DNA of 58,837 nt from Bacteroidales bacterium (GTDB lineage: Bacteria; Bacteroidota; Bacteroidia; Bacteroidales; ML635J-15): NCBI GenBank assembly GCA_028702535.1, contig JAQVOR010000003.1, positions 1 to 58,837 on the forward strand, read 5' to 3'. The notes under the pieces are model-generated. The model was not told the origin of the DNA, made no database searches, and saw only the letters and a program-made list of their open reading frames with translations. The translations under genes were made by a program, and so were the position numbers. Of this stretch, positions 1 through 8,502 are shown piece after piece. The number at the start of each line of letters is the position of its first letter. Position 1 is the first letter of the stretch.

Positions 1-175
1 AGAACTGAATACCGAATACCGTTTTTGTTGTGATCCTGTGATGCTGTGATCCTGTGATGCTGTGATTCTGTGATACATCCATCGAAACCGAATACCGAAT
101 ACTGAATACCGAATACCGTTTTTGTTGTGATTCTGTGATGCTGTGATGCTGTGATTCTGTGATTCTGTAAAAAAA
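1..175. repeat. Compound short-period intergenic repeat. Two ~70-bp blocks (about 5-75 and 101-168, period ~96 bp), each made of GAATACC heptamers, then GTTTTTGTTGTGAT, then 4-5 NCTGTGAT octamers
   Basis: Direct reading: 'ctgaataccgaataccgtttttgttgtgatNctgtgatgctgtgat' occurs twice. No ORF covers it. Confidence 0.75.
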
Positions 176-180
176 ATCTT

Positions 181-210
181 AAAAAAAAACGCTAACAAAA
201 TTTGTTAGCG
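181..210 (-). terminator. Rho-independent terminator downstream of etfA
   Basis: Arms cgctaacaaa / tttgttagcg (190-210) are perfectly complementary. The A-run 181-189 gives a U-tract on the minus-strand transcript. It sits 26 nt past the etfA stop. Confidence 0.6.
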
Positions 211-235
211 TTAAATATTTTGACTCAAGTTTATT

Positions 236-1204
236 TTATAAATTTTTAAATTTTTTAAAAGATTCTATCAATCTTGGCATTACATCAAACGCATCTCCAA
301 CTATACCATAATCGGCATATTTAAAAATGGGAGCATCTTTATCTTTATCAACAGCGACAATTACTTTTGAACCTGATACACCACCAATATGCTGAATTGC
401 CCCTGATATTCCAATAGCAATATAAAGGTCTGGAGCAATGATTTTACCAGTTTGTCCTACGTGTTCTTCGTGTGATCTCCAGCCTTCATCAGAAACTGGA
501 CGTGAGCATGCAAGCCCAGCATTAAGAACATTAGCTAACTCCTCAATATGTGCCCAGTTATCACCTGATTTTAATCCTCTACCACCAGAAACTACAATAT
601 TAGCCTCTGTTAAAATAACTTTGCCTGTAACAACATCAACAGATTCAATTTTTGTTTCTGCATTATATGCACTCTTTGGAGCATAAACTTCGATATTTAC
701 ATTAACAGGATTTTCTTTAATCTCACATGAATTTGGGTTCAGTGTCAGTATTGCTTTATCTGACTTTACCGAAACCAGTTGAAACGCAGCTCCGTTGTAT
801 GCTTTACGTTTAGCAGTAATTGGAGCAAAAGAATCGGGAATTGCGACAACACCACTAATAAGACCAGCTTTCAATCTAACAGATAATCGAGGTGCAATTG
901 CTTTACCCATATTTGAGTGGCTAAATAAAATAGTATCTGCATTCTCTTTTTCGGTAATTTCAGCTAAAAGTTTTGTGTATTCTCGGCTATCGTGAGCGAG
1001 CCAATTTTGATTGGTAACCGAAATTATTTTTGTTGCACCATATTTTGCTAATAGAGCAAGTTCTTGGTCATCAACATTTCCAACAGAAACTGCAACAATA
1101 GGCTTAGAAGTGGCTACTGCAATACTTTGTGCATAAGCAACTGCCTCAAGGCTGTTTTTTTTAAGCTTTCCGTTTCTACTTTCTGAAAAAACTATAATTG
1201 ACAT
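236..1204 (-). CDS. etfA: Electron transfer flavoprotein alpha subunit (EtfA)
   Basis: 322 aa. C-terminal FAD-binding region resembles EtfA (IVVSGGRG, PDLYIAIGISGAIQH, DKDAPIF). Lies directly downstream of etfB. Confidence 0.9.
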   Translation of the reverse strand: MSIIVFSESRNGKLKKNSLEAVAYAQSIAVATSKPIVAVSVGNVDDQELALLAKYGATKIISVTNQNWLAHDSREYTKLLAEITEKENADTILFSHSNMGKAIAPRLSVRLKAGLISGVVAIPDSFAPITAKRKAYNGAAFQLVSVKSDKAILTLNPNSCEIKENPVNVNIEVYAPKSAYNAETKIESVDVVTGKVILTEANIVVSGGRGLKSGDNWAHIEELANVLNAGLACSRPVSDEGWRSHEEHVGQTGKIIAPDLYIAIGISGAIQHIGGVSGSKVIVAVDKDKDAPIFKYADYGIVGDAFDVMPRLIESFKKFKNL

Positions 1205-1242
1205 AACATTAAATTTTAATTTTTAAATCGTTTTTTTTTACA

Positions 1243-1992
1243 TTAAATGACTTTTGCTTCACCATGTAAAAGATCGACCAATTTATCAGTTTCTACGGGG
1301 TCGATAATTTTACAAGCTGCTTTTGGTTGAGGCAAATCGAAAGCTTTATACTCAACAAGTACTTGAGTTTGGACAGGATTAGAAACTTTAATAGGTTTTG
1401 AACGAGCCATCATTATACCACGCATAGCAGCAATTCTCGGATTTATGCAAATCCCTTTTTGCACAATAGCAACAAAAGGCGTTTTTACCGAAATAGTTTC
1501 TTTACCACCGTCAATTTCTCTTTTTAGGCTCACATTTCCGTCAACAAAGTCAAAAGAAGTTACAGCCGAAACAGAATTGATGTCCATAAACTCAGCTATC
1601 ATACTACCTGTAGCAGCTTCATTAAAATCACTAGCTTCTTTTCCCGCCAATATTATATCAAAATTTTCTTGTTTAGCGACTTCGGCAATTTGAGCTGCAA
1701 TAAAATAAGCATTCTCAGGCTCGGCATCAATTCTAAAAGCATCGTCTGCACCAATTGCAAGAGCTTTTCTAATAGTTGGTTCTGCATCTGCTTTTCCAAC
1801 ATTAATAACGGATACTTTTTCAATTTTTCCACCAGATTGCTCTTTGATTTCGAGAGCTCTTGTCAATGCTAATTCGTCCCACGGATTTATAACCCATTGC
1901 ACTCCGTTTGTATCGAGATTTTTCATCTCATTATCAAAACGGATTTTAGTGGTTGTATCCGGAACATTTCCAATACAAACTAAAATTTTCAT
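1243..1992 (-). CDS. etfB: Electron transfer flavoprotein beta subunit (EtfB)
   Basis: Start moved to the internal MKILVCIG, a typical EtfB N-terminus. INPWDELALTRALEIKE and DIILAGKEASD are EtfB-like. The 14 extra N-terminal residues in the ORF track look spurious. Confidence 0.9.
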   Translation of the reverse strand: MKILVCIGNVPDTTTKIRFDNEMKNLDTNGVQWVINPWDELALTRALEIKEQSGGKIEKVSVINVGKADAEPTIRKALAIGADDAFRIDAEPENAYFIAAQIAEVAKQENFDIILAGKEASDFNEAATGSMIAEFMDINSVSAVTSFDFVDGNVSLKREIDGGKETISVKTPFVAIVQKGICINPRIAAMRGIMMARSKPIKVSNPVQTQVLVEYKAFDLPQPKAACKIIDPVETDKLVDLLHGEAKVI

Positions 1993-2201
1993 AATAATTA
2001 TTTTAATTAACGTAAATTCACAAATAATTTGCAAAGATAATTTTTAAATCGTATCAATACCAATTATCGGTTCAATTTTGATCATCTTTTCACTTTTATC
2101 AACTCTATGTCCGTATATTTCTTGTAATACATCATCATATTTTTCAAAGCTAATACCAGCATAAAACCAATAAAGGATCGATTTTTCTTTCACATATTAA
2201 T

Positions 2202-2227
2202 AAAAAAAAGCCTACAAAATTGCAGGC
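2202..2227 (-). terminator. Rho-independent terminator downstream of hydA
   Basis: Minus-strand RNA gccugc-aauuuu-guaggc (one G.U pair) followed by U8. Sits 25 nt past the hydA stop. Confidence 0.55.
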
Positions 2228-2251
2228 TTAATATTGATGGTATGTAAACGA

Positions 2252-4045
2252 TTAATATCCTTTACGTTTTACGTAATGAGTATGTAATAATTCGTGAGAT
2301 TTATGTCCGTTTGGTTTACCGAGGAACTCTGCATATATTGCAGTAATCTCAGGATTTTCGTGTGATTTTCTGATAGCCATGTTAGCATCTTCTTCATAAA
2401 TAGCTTCCATACGTTTCGCACGAATTTCGGGAGAAGTAGGGATTGGTTGTCCCCCCCCCCCAAGGCAACCACCAGGGCAAGCCATGATTTCGATAAAGTG
2501 ATAATTAACTTCACCACTAACGACTGCCGCCATAAGTTTATTTGCATTAGCGAGACCGTGAGCGATAGCACAACTTAGTTCTGCACCTTCGAGGAAACCC
2601 CATTCTGGCAGCACGTCTTTAATAAGTACTTTTGCTTCTTTAATACCTTCGAACCCACGAACAGGGACGATATCAAGATTAGCAAACGGCACTTCACGAC
2701 CTGTAACAATTTCATAAGCAGTTCTAAGAGCAGCTTCCATAACTCCACCAGTAGCACCAAAAATTACAGCAGCACCAGATGATTCACCCATAATTGAGTC
2801 ATATTTTTCGTTTGGAAGGTCTTCGAAACAAATACCTGCCTGACGAATCATCATAGCCAATTCACGAGTAGTAAGTACATAATCCACATCTTTAAAACCA
2901 CTAGATCTCATTTCGGGACGATCAGCTTCGTATTTCTTTGCAGTACAAGGCATAATAGAAACAGAAATCATATTTTCTACTTTTAATCCTTTTTTCTGTG
3001 CATAGAAAGTTTTTGCTAATGCTCCAAACATTTGTTGAGGTGATTTACAAGTAGAAACGTTTGGTAATAAGCTTGGATATTTATGTTCAATAAATTTAAT
3101 CCAGCCAGGTGAGCACGATGTAGTCATAGGCAAAGCTACGGTTTCATCTTTATCAACAAGAGCTTTTTTAAGTCTTGTTAGCAACTCAGTACCTTCTTCC
3201 ATAATTGTAAGGTCTGCACTAAAATCAGTATCAAGAACAGAATCAAAACCGATGCGTTTCAAAGCTGACACCATTTTACCAGTAACTCTGTTACCAGGCT
3301 CAAGTCCTAAGTCTTCTCCCAATCCAATACGAACAGAAGGTGCAGTTTGCACCACTACGTGTATCTTAGGATTATTAACTGCGTCCCAAACTTGGTCGAT
3401 GTAGTTCTTTTCTACAAGTGCTCCAGTAGGACATCTATTAACACATTGTCCGCAATTTGTACAAACTACATCGTTCATTGATTTATCGAAGAAAGTAGAA
3501 ATTTTTTGCTTATCGCCTTTGTGAGATACGGCAAGAGCACTAACAAATTGCATACTTGCACAAGTACGAACACAACGTTGACAACGAATACATTTGCTGT
3601 CATCTTTAATGATAGCAGGCGAAAAGTTGTCAATAGTGTAAGTATTTTTATCTACTAATTTGATAAACAGATTTTCGTTAACACGATATTCGTTTGCCAA
3701 TGCCTGCAATTCACATTTACCGTTTTTATAACAACTTGTACACTCTGAGTTGTGTTCAGATAGCAACAGTTCAATAATGTGAGTACGTGCGGTTCTAACT
3801 TTTTGGCTATTAGTAAAGATTTCCATTCCTTCGGATACTGGAGTTGCACAAGCCGCAGGAAGTGCTTTTGCACCTTTTTGCTCAACTACACACACACGGC
3901 AATTGCCGGCAACACACAAATCGGGGTGTTGACAAAGTGTAGGAACTCTAAAATTTAATTTTTTGGCTGCATCTAAAATAGTTGAGCCTTCTTCTACCGT
4001 TACTGGTATATTATTAATTTTAAGGTTTACTTCGTATTTTGCCAT
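2252..4045 (-). CDS. hydA: [FeFe]-hydrogenase catalytic subunit, M3 architecture (N-terminal 2Fe-2S, His-ligated 4Fe-4S, 2x4Fe-4S, H-domain)
   Basis: H-cluster motifs MPCTAKKYE (L2) and EIMACPGGCLGGGGQP (L3). L1 reads TSCSPGW rather than TSCCPxW. Ferredoxin motifs CIRCQRCVRTC and CTNCGQCVNRCP are present, plus a NuoG-like N-terminus. Confidence 0.9.
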   Translation of the reverse strand: MAKYEVNLKINNIPVTVEEGSTILDAAKKLNFRVPTLCQHPDLCVAGNCRVCVVEQKGAKALPAACATPVSEGMEIFTNSQKVRTARTHIIELLLSEHNSECTSCYKNGKCELQALANEYRVNENLFIKLVDKNTYTIDNFSPAIIKDDSKCIRCQRCVRTCASMQFVSALAVSHKGDKQKISTFFDKSMNDVVCTNCGQCVNRCPTGALVEKNYIDQVWDAVNNPKIHVVVQTAPSVRIGLGEDLGLEPGNRVTGKMVSALKRIGFDSVLDTDFSADLTIMEEGTELLTRLKKALVDKDETVALPMTTSCSPGWIKFIEHKYPSLLPNVSTCKSPQQMFGALAKTFYAQKKGLKVENMISVSIMPCTAKKYEADRPEMRSSGFKDVDYVLTTRELAMMIRQAGICFEDLPNEKYDSIMGESSGAAVIFGATGGVMEAALRTAYEIVTGREVPFANLDIVPVRGFEGIKEAKVLIKDVLPEWGFLEGAELSCAIAHGLANANKLMAAVVSGEVNYHFIEIMACPGGCLGGGGQPIPTSPEIRAKRMEAIYEEDANMAIRKSHENPEITAIYAEFLGKPNGHKSHELLHTHYVKRKGY

Positions 4046-4071
4046 TTTATTTTTCTTAAATGGTTTGTAAA

Positions 4072-5262
4072 TTAGTAAATTATCTCTTCTCTAAAATTAT
4101 CGACAATTGATGAAAAAGGATTTGCTACGCTTTGTCCTAGTCCACATTTTGCAGATAACTTCATTGTTTCGGCCAACTTCTTCAAACTATCTAAGTAAGA
4201 AGGGTGTTTTTCGCCACGCTTTACGGCTTCGATACCTTGTAATAACTGCTGACAGCCGATACGACAAGGAGTACATTGTCCGCAAGATTCTTCAGCAAAA
4301 AACTCAAGATAATCTTTAAGGACATTATACATTGATCTTGTGCTGTTAAAAAGCATCATTGAGCCACCAGTTGGGACACCTTCGTAGCCGATAATCATAT
4401 CAGCAAACTTTTTACGAGGCACACATATTCCAGATGCACCACCAACCTGAACAGCTTTAGTATCACCGTCTCCAAAATCGTTAACGAAATCTTCGACAGT
4501 CATTCCTAGTTCAAGTTCATAAATACCAGCATTAGGAGTATCGCCCGAAACCGAGAACACTTTTGACCCTCTTGAGTCTTGTGTGCCCATCAACTTAAAA
4601 CTAGCAGCACCATATTTCATTATCATTGTAGCATACACTAAAGTTTCTACATTATTGATAGCAGTTGGTTTACCAAATAAGCCGGCTACTGTTGGATATG
4701 GAGGTTTGTTTCTTGGCTCACCTCTTTTACCTTCGATTGACTCGAACAAAGCACTTTCTTCGCCACAGATATACGCACCAGCACCGGAGCGGATTTCAAT
4801 AGTAAAGTCAAAACCTTTATCTTTAATCTTGACATTAAATGCGTCAAGTTTTTGATTCAATTTCTTTAATAAGAAATTATACTCTGCTCTTATATACAAA
4901 TAACCAATTTTTGCTCCAACAGAATATCCAGCGATAGTCATTCCCACAAAAACTTTTTCAGGTACAGTATCAAGAATTTCTCTATCTTTAAAAGTTCCTG
5001 GTTCGCCTTCGTCTGCATTACAAACAATATACTTATCAAAAGAATTTTCGGCTTTTGTAAATTTCCATTTTAGACCTGTTGGGAATCCTGCCCCACCTCG
5101 TCCTTTAAGACCTGAATCAATCATCTCCATGATGACATCATCTTGAGCCATAGCTCTAACCTTATCGAGGACAGTAGTAGCACATGTTCCATCATTTTCA
5201 AATATCAGGTCAACTTTTGTTAATTTTTTATCTTTCATTTTCAAAATTTTAATTTTTAACAA
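4072..5262 (-). CDS. hydB: NuoF-like NAD(P)H/FMN-binding flavoprotein subunit of the hydrogenase (alternative start at 5238, MKDKK)
   Basis: GRGGAGFPTGLKW, CNADEGEPGTFKDR, YICGEESALFESIEG and ESCGQCTPCRIG plus KCGLGQS (N3-type 4Fe-4S). Only 396 aa, with no extra ferredoxin domains. Confidence 0.85.
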   Translation of the reverse strand: MLKIKILKMKDKKLTKVDLIFENDGTCATTVLDKVRAMAQDDVIMEMIDSGLKGRGGAGFPTGLKWKFTKAENSFDKYIVCNADEGEPGTFKDREILDTVPEKVFVGMTIAGYSVGAKIGYLYIRAEYNFLLKKLNQKLDAFNVKIKDKGFDFTIEIRSGAGAYICGEESALFESIEGKRGEPRNKPPYPTVAGLFGKPTAINNVETLVYATMIMKYGAASFKLMGTQDSRGSKVFSVSGDTPNAGIYELELGMTVEDFVNDFGDGDTKAVQVGGASGICVPRKKFADMIIGYEGVPTGGSMMLFNSTRSMYNVLKDYLEFFAEESCGQCTPCRIGCQQLLQGIEAVKRGEKHPSYLDSLKKLAETMKLSAKCGLGQSVANPFSSIVDNFREEIIY

Positions 5263-5276
5263 TAAAGTAAACTAAA

Positions 5277-5741
5277 CTACTTAGCAATGTACTCTGCTAT
5301 AATTGCAATTGCTTTTTCTGGGGTTAATTCTGGATAAACCTCATCGTTGATTAACATAACTGGTCCCTTATGACACCACCCCATACAGTTAGCTTGAAGT
5401 AAGGTAAACTTTTTGTCAGTTGTTGTTTCGCCTAGTTTGATGCTTAAAGTTTTCTCCAAAGTGTCGATAATCTGATCTTTCCCTGCCATGTGGCATGAGA
5501 TAGTTTTACAAACCCGGATTACATACTTGCCTCTTGGCACTACATCAAGAAATGTGTAAAAAGTAGCCGTCCCATAAACATCGGCTGCAGATAAATCTAA
5601 TGTTTCTGCAACCAAAAGTAACTCATCCTCGGTTATGTAGTTCTTGTCGGCTACAATCCCCTGAAGAATAGGCATGAGAGCTTGGCGCTCTTTTCCGAAT
5701 TTCTCAATCTTTTCATTGATAATTACATTTACATCTGTCAT
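5277..5741 (-). CDS. hydC: NuoE-like thioredoxin-fold [2Fe-2S] subunit of the hydrogenase
   Basis: 154 aa. Cys pattern CKTISCH ... CMGWC matches the NuoE/HydC 2Fe-2S site. First gene of the operon. Confidence 0.85.
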   Translation of the reverse strand: MTDVNVIINEKIEKFGKERQALMPILQGIVADKNYITEDELLLVAETLDLSAADVYGTATFYTFLDVVPRGKYVIRVCKTISCHMAGKDQIIDTLEKTLSIKLGETTTDKKFTLLQANCMGWCHKGPVMLINDEVYPELTPEKAIAIIAEYIAK

Positions 5742-6135
5742 TTTTTATTCGGTTTAATTAATTATTATTTGTTAATCTATTCACAATGTTAATTAAATAA
5801 CAACAGGGCTTGCTTCCTGTCTTTTATTTCATTGCTCTAAAGATATTTTGTCAAACTCTCCTTAAACATGATATTAATCAGTAAATCATATTTAAAGATA
5901 GACTAATTCTAAATTAGAAAATGAGTAACGCACAGATTATCAGGCTTTAAACTTCTTATATCTAAATAACATGTTGTAAAATAGTTTTATATTTTTACTG
6001 TTTCCATGTAAATCGGATAAAAAAAACAGCAGCGGTCAAAAATCTGTAATCTTCAACAGACTGCAAAGTTTTGCTCAGTAAAACAACTCTAAATTCCAAC
6101 CGTAGATTAAAACAACGAACTTATGAGCAATCTAT

Positions 6136-6186
6136 GCTGAGCTTGCTTACCAGTCGAAGTGCCGAAATATTGCCGAAGTAAGCGAG
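6136..6186 (-). repeat. GC-rich REP-like element sharing the CACTTCG(G/A)C core with the 16476-16732 element
   Basis: Minus strand reads ...cttacttcggcaatatttcggcacttcgac...aagctcagc. It sits in a 609-bp non-coding gap in an AT-rich genome. Confidence 0.4.
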
Positions 6187-6350
6187 TAAACTCCTAACTT
6201 ATTCTGGTAATTTGCAATCACGAATAATTTGTCTTTGCAAGAACCGAATTAAAGATTTACTTCATTTTTAATAAATTTGTCTGCACCACTAATCAAATTA
6301 TGTGATTATTGCTAATTTTACATTTTAAAAACCCAATAATAAGTCAGTAA

Positions 6351-7808
6351 ATGTATCAGTATAAGAATAAATATTTAAAAACCATAATCAAATACTCCTT
6401 TTTTATTTTGATTTTATCTTGCACTCAAAAAATTGAGACACAATACTTAAACACTATACTAGATGAACCATGTATGATTGTTAATGTTGAACAGGATAAC
6501 ACAATTGAAGGACAATATTTATATGTTGAGTCAATTCAAAAAAATGATACGCTCTATGAAATGACATTCAATTTTCCTGAAAAATTTTACATCGACCAAA
6601 CAAATTATACTAATTGGATTATAGGTGTAGGAAACAACAAACCTTACTATGATGCAGGCGTTGAAAACCTTTGGGAAATAACCAATATCAACAATACAAA
6701 TAAAACAATAACGATTGGTAAGTGCTTAAGAGGCAATGAGATTCCACAAATCAGCCAAAGAGTAGCTTTTTAGAATACTTGTCCGTCCGGATTTTACAAT
6801 TACACGAAAGAACCAATTATTTCTCCGGCTGATTGGAAAGATTTTAATGGCCAAGAAGTTTATTTCGGTTCAATTGAATACGATAGTATTTTAAACCACT
6901 ACTACATGATTTTTAATGAGACATCCAAAACTGAAATTCATATTTTTGCAGCTTACTCCGACAATATAATAAACTGGTATCCGGCTAATAATGGTGAACC
7001 CCTTTTTACTGCAACAGATTTCAAAAACACAACCTGGGCAGGTAAAGATATTACTGGAGAATATTTACAAACTCCATATTCATCCGAATTAGTACACTAT
7101 AATAATAAGTGGCATTTATTTTTGTATGGTTTTAATGACGCTGGCAAAAGACAAATTGGTTTAGCGGTTTCTGATAGCACTATTTTAGGGCCTTATACTA
7201 TTTATAAGGATCCAATTATATCGAACGGCAGTTGGCTTTCGTGGGACGAAAACGCATGTCTTTCGGCAAGAGTAACAAAATATAAAGACAGATTCATTAT
7301 GTTTTACAACGCATTAAATCGCAAAGGAAATGAGAAACTTGGTTTAGCCACCTCAAGTGATTTAATCCAGTGGCAAAAATATAAAAAAAATCCAATTTTA
7401 GCACAAAATACAGGATGGCGTAGTTGCAAAAAAGTAGCAGAACCAAATTATATTGAAGTTAGAAACGACAGTATTTTCATTATCGTTTTAGGAGCAAAAA
7501 AGTTCAAATCAGGTTTGTGGCATCAATATGTAACAAAGAGATTGTACATGGATAAATCTGGTAATGTTGACGATAATCAATATGGATTTTACCTTTCGGT
7601 TGATGGTGGTAAATCATTTATAGCACATAAAAACAACCCAATATTTATAAACGATTACTCAAACATCTACGAAAATGGGCACTTAGGGGGTGGGTTTAAA
7701 TATATTATTACAGATACATCTGAATTTATAATTTATCAGGCAAAAACGACATATAATTCTCTAAGCTATAATATAATGGTAAGAGAACGTAAAAAGCGAT
7801 GTTATTAA
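6351..7808 (+). pseudogene. Lipoprotein with a 5-bladed beta-propeller glycosidase-like domain (GH43/GH130-like), interrupted by one in-frame TAG at 6771-6773
   Basis: ORFs 6351-6773 and 6906-7808 are in the same frame. The 132 nt between them hold no stop. Lipoprotein signal ILILSC. Blade-like repeats such as RQIGLAVSDSTILGPY and EKLGLATSSDLIQW. Confidence 0.5.
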
Positions 7809-7881
7809 ATACATAAAACTTACCATAATTTGGTTCAACCAAGACTTTACACTAGGTGGTTTAGAGTGCTTAAAGTGCTAT

Positions 7882-8292
7882 TTAATCAAAACTAAAAAAG
7901 AAAAACTTTACAGCTGCCCATTCTTTTTTGATACCTTTAGCATATCCAATTGTAGAATAGCTACTGTTCTGAACCGTTCCGTCATCTTTTATATATCCAA
8001 GAGTAGAATAGCTACTATTTTGAACTGTACCATTACTTTTTACATAGCCAACAGTAGAATAGCTACTATTTTGAATTGTACCATCACTTTTTATGTACCC
8101 AATTGTAGAATAACTACTGTTTTGAATTGTACCATCATTTTTTATGTAACCTACAGTAGAATAACTGCTATTTTGAATTGTCCCATCGGACTTTATATAG
8201 CCAATAGTGCTATAACTACTTGACTGAATTGTTTGAGCTTTGAGCAAACCAATTGTCAATAATAAAGTCAAAATAAGTAATATTTTTTTCAT
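7882..8292 (-). CDS. Small secreted protein made almost entirely of a 17-aa tandem repeat
   Basis: Signal peptide MKKILLILTLLLTIGLLKA, then about 5.8 copies of IQNSSYSTIGYIKSDGT. Confidence 0.6.
   Translation of the reverse strand: MKKILLILTLLLTIGLLKAQTIQSSSYSTIGYIKSDGTIQNSSYSTVGYIKNDGTIQNSSYSTIGYIKSDGTIQNSSYSTVGYVKSNGTVQNSSYSTLGYIKDDGTVQNSSYSTIGYAKGIKKEWAAVKFFFFSFD
7930..8229 (-). repeat. 51-bp in-frame tandem repeat, about 5.8 copies, moderately diverged
   Basis: Read directly from the DNA and from the translation. Confidence 0.85.
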
Positions 8293-8502
8293 AGTTTTAA
8301 ATTTTTATATTGTTTTATCTATTCTTAACCGTTATGTCTCAATAATCTACCCAAGGTGTCTCGAGAAACTCAGTGTAATGTCTTGATATTTAGTTTTATG
8401 CAAATTTACTTTTTTTAGTGTCTCAATTAATAAAATCTACAAAACATCCATCATCAATCAAATTTTGTTCCACAAACCTTTCCGTCAAGGAACTAATGCG
8501 TA

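Noticed and set aside
2044-2193. 49-codon minus-strand open frame (GTG start, VKEKSILYWFYAGISFEKYDD...) between the hydA terminator and etfB.
   Set aside because: It has no ATG start and no recognisable motif, and it is short. It could be a small protein or a gene relic, but the sequence alone does not support a call.
6771-6773. Stop-codon reassignment or programmed read-through as the explanation for the in-frame TAG here and the TAA at 42102.
   Set aside because: All the stop codons I checked by hand in this window were TAA or TAG (for example etfA, hydA, the AddA-like helicase and the miaA-upstream gene). The two events use different stop codons, neither is TGA, and I saw no recoding signal. 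Simple nonsense mutation or sequencing error is more parsimonious.
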